Shown: positions 39,587 through 49,744 of the stretch, piece by piece
How positions within the stretch are numbered: the stretch's first letter is position 1
Layout of the letters: each line of letters starts with the position of its first letter
Assembly (NCBI GenBank): GCA_026705925.1
Contig: JAPOZT010000008.1
Location: forward strand, 68,217 to 132,216
Length of the DNA stretch: 64,000 nt
Reading direction: 5' to 3'
Source: Gemmatimonadota bacterium
GTDB lineage: Bacteria; JAAXHH01
The notes under the pieces: generated by a model
Seen by the model: the letters and a program-made list of their open reading frames with translations, nothing else
Told to the model about the DNA's origin: nothing
Databases searched by the model: none
Program-made: the position numbers and the translations under genes

Positions 39587-40369
39587 TCAAGCTTTAACCC
39601 CAACCGCTTCCATGCCCTCGGCCAGTCGCCGCAAGCGGGGACGCTCGCTATCCATGAACGACGGATGGGGCTGAAATCCCTTCGGTGCGCCTTCACGCAG
39701 CATGTCCCGGTGGGCATCGGAGTGCGGACGGGGGCCGAACTTGAAGACGATGACCCGCCGTTTTCCCGCTTTTCCGAAAACCGCGTGGTAGAGCCACTGG
39801 TTGAACAGGACGATATCGCCGGGTTCGGTCTCGACGGCGCATCCGGGGATCCGGGGGCCGTCGACGCCGAAAGGGCTGGGATCGCCGCCCAGGTGAGCGT
39901 CCTGTAGGGGCAGGAGCGCCTGATGCAAGGGGTCCCGGTGGGAACCTGGGATGACCCGCAGCGCGCCGGTATCCTTCGTCTGCGGATCGAGGTACAGCAT
40001 GACCTTGGTCCGGGTATAGTCGAGTAGCCGTGACGTCTTGTGGCCGTCGAAATGCCAGGTGTGGTCGGCCAGCTCAGGGTCGATCCCCCACATCCCCTCC
40101 GAACCGATCCAGATGAGGTCGTCGCCCAGGAGTTCCGTCACGGGCAGGTAGATCCGGTCGTCTTCCACGAGCCGCGTCAACTCGAGGCGCGACTCCACGA
40201 ACTCCCCGTCCCAGAACCATTCCTCTTCGCCGATGTCGCGGCCGAGCTTCTGCGCGCACGCCGCGGCGGCCTCTTGGATCAGCGCGTCTACTTCGTCGGT
40301 GGCAAAGGCCTGGCGAATGACCAGGAAACCGAAGGTATGGAAATGTTCGATCTGGCCGCTGGACAGCAT
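39587..40369 (-). CDS. PhyH-family Fe(II)/2OG dioxygenase
   Basis: GALRVIPGSH plus an HxD...H facial-triad pattern. Confidence 0.8.
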   Translation of the reverse strand: MLSSGQIEHFHTFGFLVIRQAFATDEVDALIQEAAAACAQKLGRDIGEEEWFWDGEFVESRLELTRLVEDDRIYLPVTELLGDDLIWIGSEGMWGIDPELADHTWHFDGHKTSRLLDYTRTKVMLYLDPQTKDTGALRVIPGSHRDPLHQALLPLQDAHLGGDPSPFGVDGPRIPGCAVETEPGDIVLFNQWLYHAVFGKAGKRRVIVFKFGPRPHSDAHRDMLREGAPKGFQPHPSFMDSERPRLRRLAEGMEAVGVKA

Positions 40370-40408
40370 GGAATGCTCCGGTTTTGAAATGAGGTGCCCG
40401 GTCGCGGA

Positions 40409-41215
40409 TCACTCCGTCACGATCCTGCTGCGTGACAGCAGTGCCCTGCCGCGGTCCGACAGCTTGCCGTACTCCGCTTCCGTCATCTCGATCGTGGACG
40501 TGCGGAACCACGGTCTCGAATAGCAGATGACCAGCTCCGCCCGGGCATGGTTCGACCGGTTCGGCGTGCCCCGATGAAGGGCCCTCGGGTCCTGCACCCA
40601 GAAGGTGCCCTTCTTCAGGTTCAGCCGGTGGGCGGGCGGGAAATCCCCCCGAAGCAACACGTCATCGTAGGATTTCTCCATGTCGGGGTCCGCCAGATAC
40701 TGCGTGCCCGGCATGACTTCGAAGCTGCCGTTCTCTTCGCTGGTGTCCACCAGGGGAAACTTGATGCCGAAATGGGGGCAGACCGGCAGGCCGATATGAG
40801 GTGTAATCAGGTGAATGTCCCGGTGCCAGGGCTGGTACTCGCTGCCCGGATAGGGATTGTTGGAGTGGTAGCAGGTGAGGTGGAAGTCGTCCGCGCCCCA
40901 GTATCGTTCCAGGAAAGCCAGCACTACGGGGTGCTCGTAGATCTCCGGATCGGAATATGGTGGTTCCCAGGGAACGTGCATGGTATAGCGATTGACGAAC
41001 TGCTGCCGCCCCTTGCCCGTCCTCACCTCGCCCCTTTCCTCCGGGTGGACCTCGTGTTCTTCCCGGGCCTTGAGCCGGTCGAGCCGCGGCATGAAAGCCG
41101 CCCGTATGCGGTCAATCTTCTCCTGTGCGATAAGGTTCTCGAAGAGCGTGAACCCGCTGATCCTGAGTTCCGCCACCTTCAGGTCGAGGTCGTAGTCGGT
41201 CGGCGTGGACGACAT
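40409..41215 (-). CDS. PhyH-family Fe(II)/2OG dioxygenase
   Basis: WHRDIHL...FEVMPGTQ PhyH-like pattern. In tandem with 39587-40369. Confidence 0.75.
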   Translation of the reverse strand: MSSTPTDYDLDLKVAELRISGFTLFENLIAQEKIDRIRAAFMPRLDRLKAREEHEVHPEERGEVRTGKGRQQFVNRYTMHVPWEPPYSDPEIYEHPVVLAFLERYWGADDFHLTCYHSNNPYPGSEYQPWHRDIHLITPHIGLPVCPHFGIKFPLVDTSEENGSFEVMPGTQYLADPDMEKSYDDVLLRGDFPPAHRLNLKKGTFWVQDPRALHRGTPNRSNHARAELVICYSRPWFRTSTIEMTEAEYGKLSDRGRALLSRSRIVTE

Positions 41216-41450
41216 GGGTGGTTGCCTCGAGTGGAATACCGGGAGTGCGTGGGTGGGAAGTATAATACGACTGCCGCGAGATAAGTGTCAAAAACAAACG
41301 CTGTGGACGTACGAAATTCGGATGCGGAAGGAAATAGCAAGAGGGAAAATCTGAACTTTATATACGAGAGCTTTCGGTTATTGTCCGACTCTTTCTATAT
41401 AAGAGACCTGACTGCGGTGGGGCCGGCATCACGACAACAAGGCTGGGGCG

Positions 41451-41699
41451 ATGGACCGAAGAGCGTGGATGGACACGACCATCAAGGCGGCGCTGATCGG
41501 GGCGGCCGTCCTGATGTATCTGGATTTAAGAGCCGAGATACGACACTTGGGAAACAAGATCGACAGCGTGGAAACGAAGGTGGATGAGGTCCGGGGCTAT
41601 CTCAAGTTCAGTACTGCTGCTCCCGGCATGGAGTCTGCTCCAAATATGGAGTCTCCCGCGGCAGACCCTGAGCAGTTAAAATCTGCTCAAAAGGACTAA
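41451..41699 (+). CDS. small hypothetical protein (one TM plus coiled coil), doubtful
   Basis: The ORF sits in an AT-richer stretch, has atypical codon usage and an internal MESAP/MESPA repeat. No homology recognised. Confidence 0.25.
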   Translation: MDRRAWMDTTIKAALIGAAVLMYLDLRAEIRHLGNKIDSVETKVDEVRGYLKFSTAAPGMESAPNMESPAADPEQLKSAQKD

Positions 41700-44560
41700 C
41701 GCGATGCCGGGATCCGTTCCACCACGAACGACGCCACGTCCAGGTCCGTCCCGCTGTCGAACCACACTTTGTACGCCGTGCCTTCGGCGCTGAAGGTAAA
41801 CACCGCAACGTTGTGGCCGTCAGAGGGCGCGGGTTCGTCCTCGTGGCGGATCAGATCGATCTCCGGCGGCACCGTCACCTGGTACATAGCAATCTCGCCC
41901 CGGGCGATGTTGTATTCCCTGCGTACCTCGCGCACCGCGATGATCCCTCGGAGTTCCCGCGGAACCTCGACCCGTTCCACGAAACCGGGCACATTGAATC
42001 CCTCGATCGCCTCGCCGGGCATCCCATGCAGCACCAGCCGGTTGCCCGGCGGCGCGTAGTCTTGCTCCGCAAGGATCTCCTCGATGTCCCCGGGCGGCGG
42101 GAAGGCGGCCAGCATCTCGCGGACGAGGGTATCCAGTGGCCCCTCATGGAATTCATACCGGCCGCTTACGGAACCGGCCCTGATGAGCCGGAGCGCCAGG
42201 GCCTCGTCCTCCTCGGTCAACTCGGGTTCGCAGGTGTCCCCGTAAGGCGACCAGGGCGCGTTGCCCCGGGGCGTCGACCAGTTCGCCACGCGGGAGGGCA
42301 GATCGACGTCCGAATCCCGGTCCACCAGCCGCTCCGAGATGTCCTCGCCGCAGTCCATGAGGGTCCGCATCCGGTCCAGGTACTGCCGCACGCGGGGCAG
42401 GAAGTAGTGGACGATCATCTCGGCGAAATCCTCCGGGAGGTAGTCCAGCAGCACCTGCCAGTTTTCCAGGGAGATCAGCGCGGTGAAGGTGATCCAGTTG
42501 CTCTCGCCGTTGGCATGTCCCGGTACGATCTCGGGCCACCGGGCCGCCCAGTCGTCGTGGGTCTTGAGTCTGAACTGTTCATGGGCACTGCAGTACCGGG
42601 CCATGGCGAGCATTATCCGCTCCGTCTCCCCTGCCATCCGTTCGAACCGGTCCCGGTCCCCGGCGCGAAAAGCCTTGCGCGCGTCGGCCAGCCGGTGGTT
42701 GAAGATGCCGGCCAGGTAGGTCCGGCCGATGTCCACCAGGTCGAAGCGGTACATGGGGGAATCTTCGAGCGCGTCGTATTGGGACAGCAGGATCTCGAGC
42801 ATGTCGCGCAGCGCCGGCAGAAACCCGATGAGCCGTTTGACCGAGCCCGACGTGAGTCCGGGCAGCAGGGTCCCGTCCCAGTTCCGGAACAGGGGGCCGT
42901 TGTGGGTACATGGATCGAAGTAGGACATGATCGTGTCGGTGAATATCCGGACGGCCGGACGCGTTTCTTCCGCCGCCGGTCCGTACCGCCTGCGGTTCCA
43001 CTGCTCGACGTAGGCGTCCGGATCCAGGTCTGCGGGGTTCCAGGACAGTTCCGCGTAGAGATCCATGGTCATCACGTTCCGGTGATTGGTTTCCGAGGAC
43101 ACCATGAATCCCTGCAGGTTGGATGCCAGGGGATGATCCGCCAGGGACCGGGCATTGTCGATCGCCGTCCTGATGTCGCCGTTGGGATTGGTCTCCCGGC
43201 CGCACTGGCCGCACATCCCCGTAGACCACGGCAGCCCCCAGTAGTAGTCGCACCGGAGGAAGTCGTACATGCGTCCTGCGTGGTTGAGGAACATGTTGCC
43301 GATCACGGGCAGGCCGGCGTCGCGGACCGCCTGCGCCTGGGCGGCCGCCGTGGGGTTGTCCGTGCACACCCGGGGGCTGAACAGCACCGCGTCCGGATCA
43401 CCGTCCCTTATGGCCTCGATCATGCCGTCGACGGACGCATGGGTCAGTTCCGCCGCCCGGTCGGGGTCCTCCTCCACCCAAGTCTCCTCCGTGGGCAGCC
43501 ACAGGCTGTAGAGATGGTCCGTGCCCAGCGCTTCCGCGTAGGATTCCACCACGGCGGTGGTGAAACGCCGCGTCACCGGGTCTCGCGGGTCGAGGACGAT
43601 CTCGGACTCGCCGCACCACTCCAGCGGCGCGACCCGGATCTTCTTGCCGGTCATGGCCTCGTACCCGTCCACGAACTCCTGGAGCTGGCGTCCGTCGGCG
43701 TAGGGTGAGAAACCGGGCTTCACCGCCGGGGTGCCCACGTGAAGCTGCATGCGGTACCGTATCCGGATGCCGGCCTCCCGGGCATAGTCGAAGACCCGGC
43801 GCAACAAGGCGATACGTTCCCTCTGCCAGTCGGTCAGCTCCACCGGAACGCCGAGCCGGTTGGCGGCCAGCGCGCCGATCCCGCAGCAGTCGGCGATGTT
43901 GCCGCTTTCAAGGATATTGAAGCGTTTCTTGACCAGGTAGTCGACCCAGGGCCTGAACTCCTCCCAGGTCCACCAGCGCATGCCGCTGTAGGCGTCCTGC
44001 ATGTTCGCGAAGTACATCCGCCACTTGAACCGGGGCCTGTGGCATATCTCCGTTCCGTTCAGGTCGCCGATCGACACGGTCTCTCTATACGGGATCTGTT
44101 CGCCTTCTTCGAAGAAACCGCAACCGAGATGATCTTCGAACAGCCGGTATACGGCATAGAGCGCGGAGTAGGGCCGGCGGCCCGCAAGCACAAGGCTGTT
44201 CCCGGCGCATCGGATGACATAGCCATCATATCCCAGGGCGGATTCGGAGAGGTCGACATCGAGTTCCGCGGGCGCCCATCCGATGCACACCCGGCCGGTT
44301 TCTTTTTCGTGGCCGCCAGGTGATCCACCGCCCCCGTTCTCCGATGGCCCCCCGTTTACCGCTGGCCGGTCCGGTTCTGCCAGGACGGGGATCTCTACTC
44401 CGCCCATGCGCTTCGCAATACGCTGGAATTCCCTGGCGGCCCGCCGCCCGGAAGGTCCCACTGTGGGCGAAAGCACGATCCGCGACGTGGCCTGTCTGTT
44501 CTTGAAAAGGGTAAACATGGGGAATGCGGGTTGTCTTACGGTTTGATTTCCTGTACTCAT
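41696..44560 (-). CDS. DUF4838-family putative glycoside hydrolase (GH20-like N-terminal domain), 954 aa
   Basis: The N-terminus RIVLSPTVGPSGRRAAREFQRIAKRMGGVEIPV...GYDGYVIRCAGNSLVLAGRRPYSALYAVYRLFEDHLGCGFF matches the DUF4838 signature. Confidence 0.6.
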   Translation of the reverse strand: MSTGNQTVRQPAFPMFTLFKNRQATSRIVLSPTVGPSGRRAAREFQRIAKRMGGVEIPVLAEPDRPAVNGGPSENGGGGSPGGHEKETGRVCIGWAPAELDVDLSESALGYDGYVIRCAGNSLVLAGRRPYSALYAVYRLFEDHLGCGFFEEGEQIPYRETVSIGDLNGTEICHRPRFKWRMYFANMQDAYSGMRWWTWEEFRPWVDYLVKKRFNILESGNIADCCGIGALAANRLGVPVELTDWQRERIALLRRVFDYAREAGIRIRYRMQLHVGTPAVKPGFSPYADGRQLQEFVDGYEAMTGKKIRVAPLEWCGESEIVLDPRDPVTRRFTTAVVESYAEALGTDHLYSLWLPTEETWVEEDPDRAAELTHASVDGMIEAIRDGDPDAVLFSPRVCTDNPTAAAQAQAVRDAGLPVIGNMFLNHAGRMYDFLRCDYYWGLPWSTGMCGQCGRETNPNGDIRTAIDNARSLADHPLASNLQGFMVSSETNHRNVMTMDLYAELSWNPADLDPDAYVEQWNRRRYGPAAEETRPAVRIFTDTIMSYFDPCTHNGPLFRNWDGTLLPGLTSGSVKRLIGFLPALRDMLEILLSQYDALEDSPMYRFDLVDIGRTYLAGIFNHRLADARKAFRAGDRDRFERMAGETERIMLAMARYCSAHEQFRLKTHDDWAARWPEIVPGHANGESNWITFTALISLENWQVLLDYLPEDFAEMIVHYFLPRVRQYLDRMRTLMDCGEDISERLVDRDSDVDLPSRVANWSTPRGNAPWSPYGDTCEPELTEEDEALALRLIRAGSVSGRYEFHEGPLDTLVREMLAAFPPPGDIEEILAEQDYAPPGNRLVLHGMPGEAIEGFNVPGFVERVEVPRELRGIIAVREVRREYNIARGEIAMYQVTVPPEIDLIRHEDEPAPSDGHNVAVFTFSAEGTAYKVWFDSGTDLDVASFVVERIPASR

Positions 44561-44568
44561 GTTACATC

Positions 44569-45300
44569 ATGACGCCAACCGGTTTCCAGACCTTCGGGCT
44601 GCCCCATCTCATCGTCCTGGGGCTTACGCTCGTGCTGCCCATCCTGCTTTCGAAACTCGCACGAAGCGCAAGCGATGAACGGACGGCGGTGAGGATCGGC
44701 TATCTGCTCGCCGCCATGCTCCTGGTCAACGAATTCTCGGCCTGGGGATACCGCCTCTTGCAGTTCGGTCCGGAATACATGGTCCGAAACCACCTTCCAC
44801 TGCATATCTGCGGTGTCGCAAGCCTGGTCACGGCCGCTACCCTGATCTTCCGGAACAAGTACACCTACGAGATCGCCTACTTCTGGGGTCTCGTAGGTTC
44901 CGCCAACGCCGTGATCACCCCGGGCGCCATGGACACCGGCTTCCCATCGTGGCGTTTCTTCCAGTATTTCATTGTCCACTCCGGGATCGTCGTGGCCGTC
45001 CTGTACGCCACCTGGGGCCTGGGCATGCGGCCCACGCTGAGCGGACTCTTTCGCGCCTTCGTCGCCCTGAATGTGTTCGCCGCCGTCGTGGGTATCGTAA
45101 ACCTGCTCATGGGATCGAATTACATGTACCTTTCCCGGCCGCCCTGGGGTACGGTGTCGCCCTTCTTCTTCGCGCCGTGGCCCTGGTACATCCCCATCCT
45201 CGACGTGGTCGCGCTGGCCATGTTCTTCGCGGTATATCTGCCGGTGCATCTGGCGCGACGGCGTGCATCACGGGTGATGCGGTCGTCCGCCCGGTCCTAG
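44569..45300 (+). CDS. polytopic integral membrane protein (TIGR02206-like), hypothetical
   Basis: Six or seven TM helices. The family assignment is tentative. Confidence 0.55.
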   Translation: MTPTGFQTFGLPHLIVLGLTLVLPILLSKLARSASDERTAVRIGYLLAAMLLVNEFSAWGYRLLQFGPEYMVRNHLPLHICGVASLVTAATLIFRNKYTYEIAYFWGLVGSANAVITPGAMDTGFPSWRFFQYFIVHSGIVVAVLYATWGLGMRPTLSGLFRAFVALNVFAAVVGIVNLLMGSNYMYLSRPPWGTVSPFFFAPWPWYIPILDVVALAMFFAVYLPVHLARRRASRVMRSSARS

Positions 45301-45314
45301 CCGGAGTCACCCAC

Positions 45315-46853
45315 CTAGACGATCCGAACCGTCTCGCCGCCTTCACTGTCCCAGTCCACCAGGCGCCTTATCGGAATCGTCCTCAATCCGACCTGGGCGT
45401 TCCCGGTATAGAACACGTATCCCAGGCCGTCCTTTACGACCATGCGGGGCCAGCCCGTCCAGGTGTGGTCGAATCGTTCCGTGCCGATTCCAAGGGCCGG
45501 AAAGGCGGGATTCCGGGGATAGTACGACCAGTTTTTAAGGTCAGTGGAACGGGCAAGGCCCACCGAATCGCACCACCGTTCCGGCCCGGATGCGCCCGGC
45601 GGCGTCCACGCGTTGCAACCTTCGTACCAGAGATACCACGTATCGCCGATCCGGTTCAAAGACCGCGGCCGGACATGTACGGCGTCCCAGTCGTCCAACC
45701 TTTCCGGTCCGAATACCGGATTGTGCTCGGCCTCGCGCCAGTCCACGAGATCGTTGCTGTAGAGCAGGTAGCCCCGGTCGCCGCCCGGCCAGCCTTTCGA
45801 TGACCGCGGCGTGTAGCCGGCATAGCACATGAGGTACCGGAAATCCGGATGGTCCACGCGCAGCAGGTCGAATTCATGGGCGGCGTCATTGAAATGCCGG
45901 TAGACGGGATTGCGCGAAAACGGCTTAAAAGGCCCTTTCGGATCGTCGGCCGAGGCCATCATGAATCCAAGCCAGGATGGATACTGCTGGACGGCGTACA
46001 TGATGACGATCCGCCCGTCGGGCGTAACGACCGCGCCGTTCACGTAGATATTGTCCCCCGGCGCGTCCGCGTAGGATAAAACCGGAACGGGATACACTTC
46101 CCACGATCGCAGGTCGTCGCTTGCCGCTACGGCGACGGTGCGCCGCGAGGATCCTTCCTGGTCGCCCTCCATGCCCGCCATGCAGTACATGTAGAACCGG
46201 TTGTCTATTTCGAGGATGGCGCCCGGTATGATCTGCTGCTCGTAGTGGCTGCCGGCCGGACCCCGCGCGATGACCGGCTCCGTCTGCTGGTCCAGCCAGG
46301 GCAGTGTCGTGACCGTGCAGGACTCGAACTCGCACCCCCCGGCTGCCTCCAGCGTCAGCATGTTCTCCCACGTATCGTAGTGCCCATCCCACTCGCCCGA
46401 TGGGCCCCGGATCCAGCCCGAGTTCCCATTCACCGCGAACCGGAAGAAGTTGCCCTTCTTCAGCACGCGGACATCCCATGTGGACGGCCCCTCTCCGGGA
46501 TAGTCCTTCAGTATCGTACGGTCTTCACCATCCTGCCTAACCACACGGAATCCCTGTGGGTCAATTTCCAGGTGCACGTCGACGGAACCGCCACTACCGG
46601 AAACACGGATGCGCGCCACGGGTGTGCTCGACGCAGGCGTGCGTACCGTGGGCGTGCGCGCTGATGGTGTGCTCGCCGCGGGTGTGTTTGCAGCAGGAAT
46701 CGAGTTCGCTCCGGCGATTCTCGCGACAAGCTCGTAGTTGCCAGTTACGCGTCGGGAAATCATCGACCAGGTCCCGTTGTTGGGGGACGACCATGATAGG
46801 AACGACGACACTACCGGACAGGGAGAGGCACACCATTGAACCGTGCGGAACAC
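45315..46853 (-). CDS. five-bladed beta-propeller glycoside hydrolase (GH43/GH32/GH130-like) with N-terminal DUF1080-like lectin domain
   Basis: Repeated S.DL..W blades (SDDLRSWEVYP, SNDLVDWREA, STDLKNWSYY) and GDTWYLWYEG. N-terminal GNYELVARIAGANS. Confidence 0.6.
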   Translation of the reverse strand: MFRTVQWCASPCPVVSSFLSWSSPNNGTWSMISRRVTGNYELVARIAGANSIPAANTPAASTPSARTPTVRTPASSTPVARIRVSGSGGSVDVHLEIDPQGFRVVRQDGEDRTILKDYPGEGPSTWDVRVLKKGNFFRFAVNGNSGWIRGPSGEWDGHYDTWENMLTLEAAGGCEFESCTVTTLPWLDQQTEPVIARGPAGSHYEQQIIPGAILEIDNRFYMYCMAGMEGDQEGSSRRTVAVAASDDLRSWEVYPVPVLSYADAPGDNIYVNGAVVTPDGRIVIMYAVQQYPSWLGFMMASADDPKGPFKPFSRNPVYRHFNDAAHEFDLLRVDHPDFRYLMCYAGYTPRSSKGWPGGDRGYLLYSNDLVDWREAEHNPVFGPERLDDWDAVHVRPRSLNRIGDTWYLWYEGCNAWTPPGASGPERWCDSVGLARSTDLKNWSYYPRNPAFPALGIGTERFDHTWTGWPRMVVKDGLGYVFYTGNAQVGLRTIPIRRLVDWDSEGGETVRIV

Positions 46854-46987
46854 GATACAGATTTGTCCTGCAAAAGATACACCCTATATTCCGGTTTATC
46901 CACAGCGAAAACTGGATTCCTCCAGCCCTGGTTCGCCACAGGACGCCCAGGATCAGGATCCCGCGTATTTCCACGCGTTTCGAGGAG

Positions 46988-47650
46988 ATGATCGACATGC
47001 CGAATGCCGTGACTCAGCCGGGAACGTCCGTAGTGCTCAATGGCGCCCCCAGGTCGGGGAAGTCCAGCATCGCGCTCGCCATCCAGCAGATGTCGCAGGA
47101 ACCATGGATGAACCTCGGCGCCGATCGATTCATTGAAATCACGCCGGAACGATTGCGTCCCGGAATCGGGCTTCGGCCCGCCGGTATCGCGAATTGCCCA
47201 GGGGGCGAACGACCCGATCTCGAACCGTTGATTCCCGGTTTGTACGGAGCACTCTACGAATCCATCGCGATCCACCTTCGACTGGGCCTGAACGTGGTGG
47301 CCGACGTCGCGCATCACGACAATTACGCCACGCTGAGCGGTATCCTTTGCGACTGCGCAAGGCGCATGGAGGGATTGAGAACGTACTTCGTGGGTGTGCG
47401 CTGTCCGGCCGAAGTTGTGTGGCAACGCCGCAAAGACACCTGGCTCAGGGAACAAGACATTCAGGATGAAGCACCCATACCCGAGCTGGTGCGGATCTGG
47501 GACCGGGAGGTACACAAGCCCGGTATCTACGATCTCGAGGTCGATACATCGAAGTCGAGTGCCGAATCCTGTGCCGGCAAGATTCTGGCGCATATGAAAA
47601 CCGGTCCCCGGCCGGAAGCGTTCCGGCGCCTTGCCGCGATGACCGGATGA
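46988..47650 (+). CDS. chloramphenicol phosphotransferase-like (CPT) P-loop kinase family protein
   Basis: VVLNGAPRSGKSSIALAIQ...WMNLGADRFIE matches the CPT N-terminus. The upstream part of the listed ORF (46556-46987) is judged non-coding. Confidence 0.7.
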   Translation: MIDMPNAVTQPGTSVVLNGAPRSGKSSIALAIQQMSQEPWMNLGADRFIEITPERLRPGIGLRPAGIANCPGGERPDLEPLIPGLYGALYESIAIHLRLGLNVVADVAHHDNYATLSGILCDCARRMEGLRTYFVGVRCPAEVVWQRRKDTWLREQDIQDEAPIPELVRIWDREVHKPGIYDLEVDTSKSSAESCAGKILAHMKTGPRPEAFRRLAAMTG

Positions 47651-47808
47651 ATAAAACCGACCGGCCAATTGTCGCAGCGCATCGTATTCATATTTCCATT
47701 TACCGCCATGCCACCACTGGTATATTCTTGCATCCATTGTCGATTTCAATGACCTTCGAGCCCGGATGAACGACCGGGCCGGATGAATAACCGGGAAAGT
47801 GAGTCTGC

Positions 47809-48888
47809 ATGGGCTGGCGGATTGCCGATCATATAACGATCTACCGCGAAGCAGGCTGGTACGGCGCCCATCCGAACGTCGTCCAGACACCCGACGGCGA
47901 CCTGTTGACCCTGTTCCACCGGTCGCCCGCCACCGGGTTCAGCCACCACAGCCACCCGCTCTTCGACGTGCGGGCCTGCCGCTCGGATGACGAAGGACGG
48001 TCCTGGGGTCCGGCCGAACTGGTGACGGTCTATCCCTACGGCGGCGTGATCGATTTCGGGACCCACACACTATCCAGCGGTGAGATCTTCCTGCACGCCA
48101 GCACGGTGGACCTGGTCCTTGCCCAGGATCCGGAAGTCTCCAAGCATGCCTGGGTATCCCGCCCCGGCGTGGGATTTCACGTGCGTTCCCAGGACAACGG
48201 CAGGACCTGGTCGCACCCCGAACCGTTTCCGCCGCTCCCGGATGCCGTGAACGGCCATCCCGCCTCGCACACGGGGATCTGCCGGAGCGGCCTGCTGGAG
48301 ATGCCGGACGGGCGGATGCTGCTTCCGGGCAAGGCGACGGACCATCCGGAAGGCCGTCCGCCGTTCTTCGGCATGATGCAATCGTCAACAGATGGCGGCC
48401 GTACCTGGGCCTACGAAGGCCGTGTCGCCGAGGACAACGTCGCCCATTTCAGCGAACCGGCGATCTACCGGACGCCGTCCGGCAGGATCCTGGTGCTTTT
48501 CCGTTGCCATCCGAACCAGCCGCCCGGACAGGACGTGCACCTGGTAGAAGTACACTCCGACGACGGCGGCGAGACCTGGTCGCCCTGGCGGTCGACGACG
48601 ATGCGGGGATGTCCCGGTCACCTGCTCGGGCTGCGGGACGGCCGTGTCCTGGCCACAGTGGGCACCAGGTGGGAAGGACAGATGGGCTGCCTGGCGCGGG
48701 TCCTCGATCCAGAGGCCGGCGACCTGGATACCGCGCCGGATATCGTCGTGCGCGCCGATTCCCTGGAGTCCGACTGCGGGTATCCATGGTCCGTCGAATT
48801 GATGGATGGACGGGTGCTGGTCGTTTACTATTTTGTCTATGGAGACGGCACACGAGGCATAGAAGGATCGGTGCTCGAGGAATACTGA
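47809..48888 (+). CDS. BNR-repeat (sialidase/neuraminidase-like, GH33-like) glycosyl hydrolase
   Basis: Four SxDxGxTW Asp-boxes (SDDEGRSW, SQDNGRTW, STDGGRTW, SDDGGETW). Confidence 0.75.
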   Translation: MGWRIADHITIYREAGWYGAHPNVVQTPDGDLLTLFHRSPATGFSHHSHPLFDVRACRSDDEGRSWGPAELVTVYPYGGVIDFGTHTLSSGEIFLHASTVDLVLAQDPEVSKHAWVSRPGVGFHVRSQDNGRTWSHPEPFPPLPDAVNGHPASHTGICRSGLLEMPDGRMLLPGKATDHPEGRPPFFGMMQSSTDGGRTWAYEGRVAEDNVAHFSEPAIYRTPSGRILVLFRCHPNQPPGQDVHLVEVHSDDGGETWSPWRSTTMRGCPGHLLGLRDGRVLATVGTRWEGQMGCLARVLDPEAGDLDTAPDIVVRADSLESDCGYPWSVELMDGRVLVVYYFVYGDGTRGIEGSVLEEY

Positions 48889-48923
48889 CAAATTCCGACT
48901 GTATAAGACTATCGGGAGCTTCC

Positions 48924-49712
48924 ATGTTTCAACTGGATGCACACCAGAAGGAATTTATGGATACCTTCGGGTATCTGCACTTCCCCGGCCTGCTCGACGA
49001 CCGGATCGGCGAGATCACAGAGGCTTTCGACGGGCTGCTGAAAAAAAACGGTGGCGACGACCACGAAGGCCTGGAGCGGCTGGCCGTGGTGCCGTTCATC
49101 AACCATGATTCGTACCTGTGCACGCTGTTGGACGATCCCCGCATTCACGGCATCGCGGCCGGCCTGCTGGGCGAGCGGTACCAGTACTGGAACAGCGACG
49201 GGAACCTCTACGTCGGCGACACGCGATGGCACTCCGACACCCAGTGGCCCGAGCCCATCCGTTTCTACAAGATGGCCATCTACCTGGACCCCATGACGAA
49301 GGACACCGGCGCGTTGCGGGTCATACCGGGAAGCCACCGGTTCGGAGAAGGATATGCGGAAACCATCCACGACCACCTGTCCGGCAAAAGGGACGGCTGG
49401 GGTGGACTCCACGGCAGCGAGGTACCGGCGGTCACCGTCGAGACCCGGCCCGGCGACCTGGCAGTCTTCAACCATTCCACCAAGCACAGCGCCTGGGGCG
49501 GCGGAAAGAAAAGGCGCATGTTCACGATCGTATATACCGGACACCACACGGACGGTCGTGATCTCGAGGCCTTCAAAAAGATCATCCGCCAACACGGCTA
49601 TACAACGCGGGAGGTATTCGGTGGGGAGAACGGCCCCCTGCTTTCCACGGCCACGCCCGAACGGCTTCGTCACCTTCAAAACCTGATCACGCACATTCCG
49701 AAAGCGGCTTGA
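48924..49712 (+). CDS. PhyH-family Fe(II)/2OG dioxygenase
   Basis: WHSDTQW...GALRVIPGSHRFG. Confidence 0.8.
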   Translation: MFQLDAHQKEFMDTFGYLHFPGLLDDRIGEITEAFDGLLKKNGGDDHEGLERLAVVPFINHDSYLCTLLDDPRIHGIAAGLLGERYQYWNSDGNLYVGDTRWHSDTQWPEPIRFYKMAIYLDPMTKDTGALRVIPGSHRFGEGYAETIHDHLSGKRDGWGGLHGSEVPAVTVETRPGDLAVFNHSTKHSAWGGGKKRRMFTIVYTGHHTDGRDLEAFKKIIRQHGYTTREVFGGENGPLLSTATPERLRHLQNLITHIPKAA

Positions 49713-49744
49713 AGTTACGGCACAGGAAGGGGAATACCACCAGC

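Noticed and set aside
46556-46987. N-terminal 144-aa extension of the CPT-like kinase ORF
   Set aside because: It is Cys/Arg-rich low-complexity translation with no homology. CPT-family proteins start at the MIDMPNAV...LNGAPRSGKSS position.
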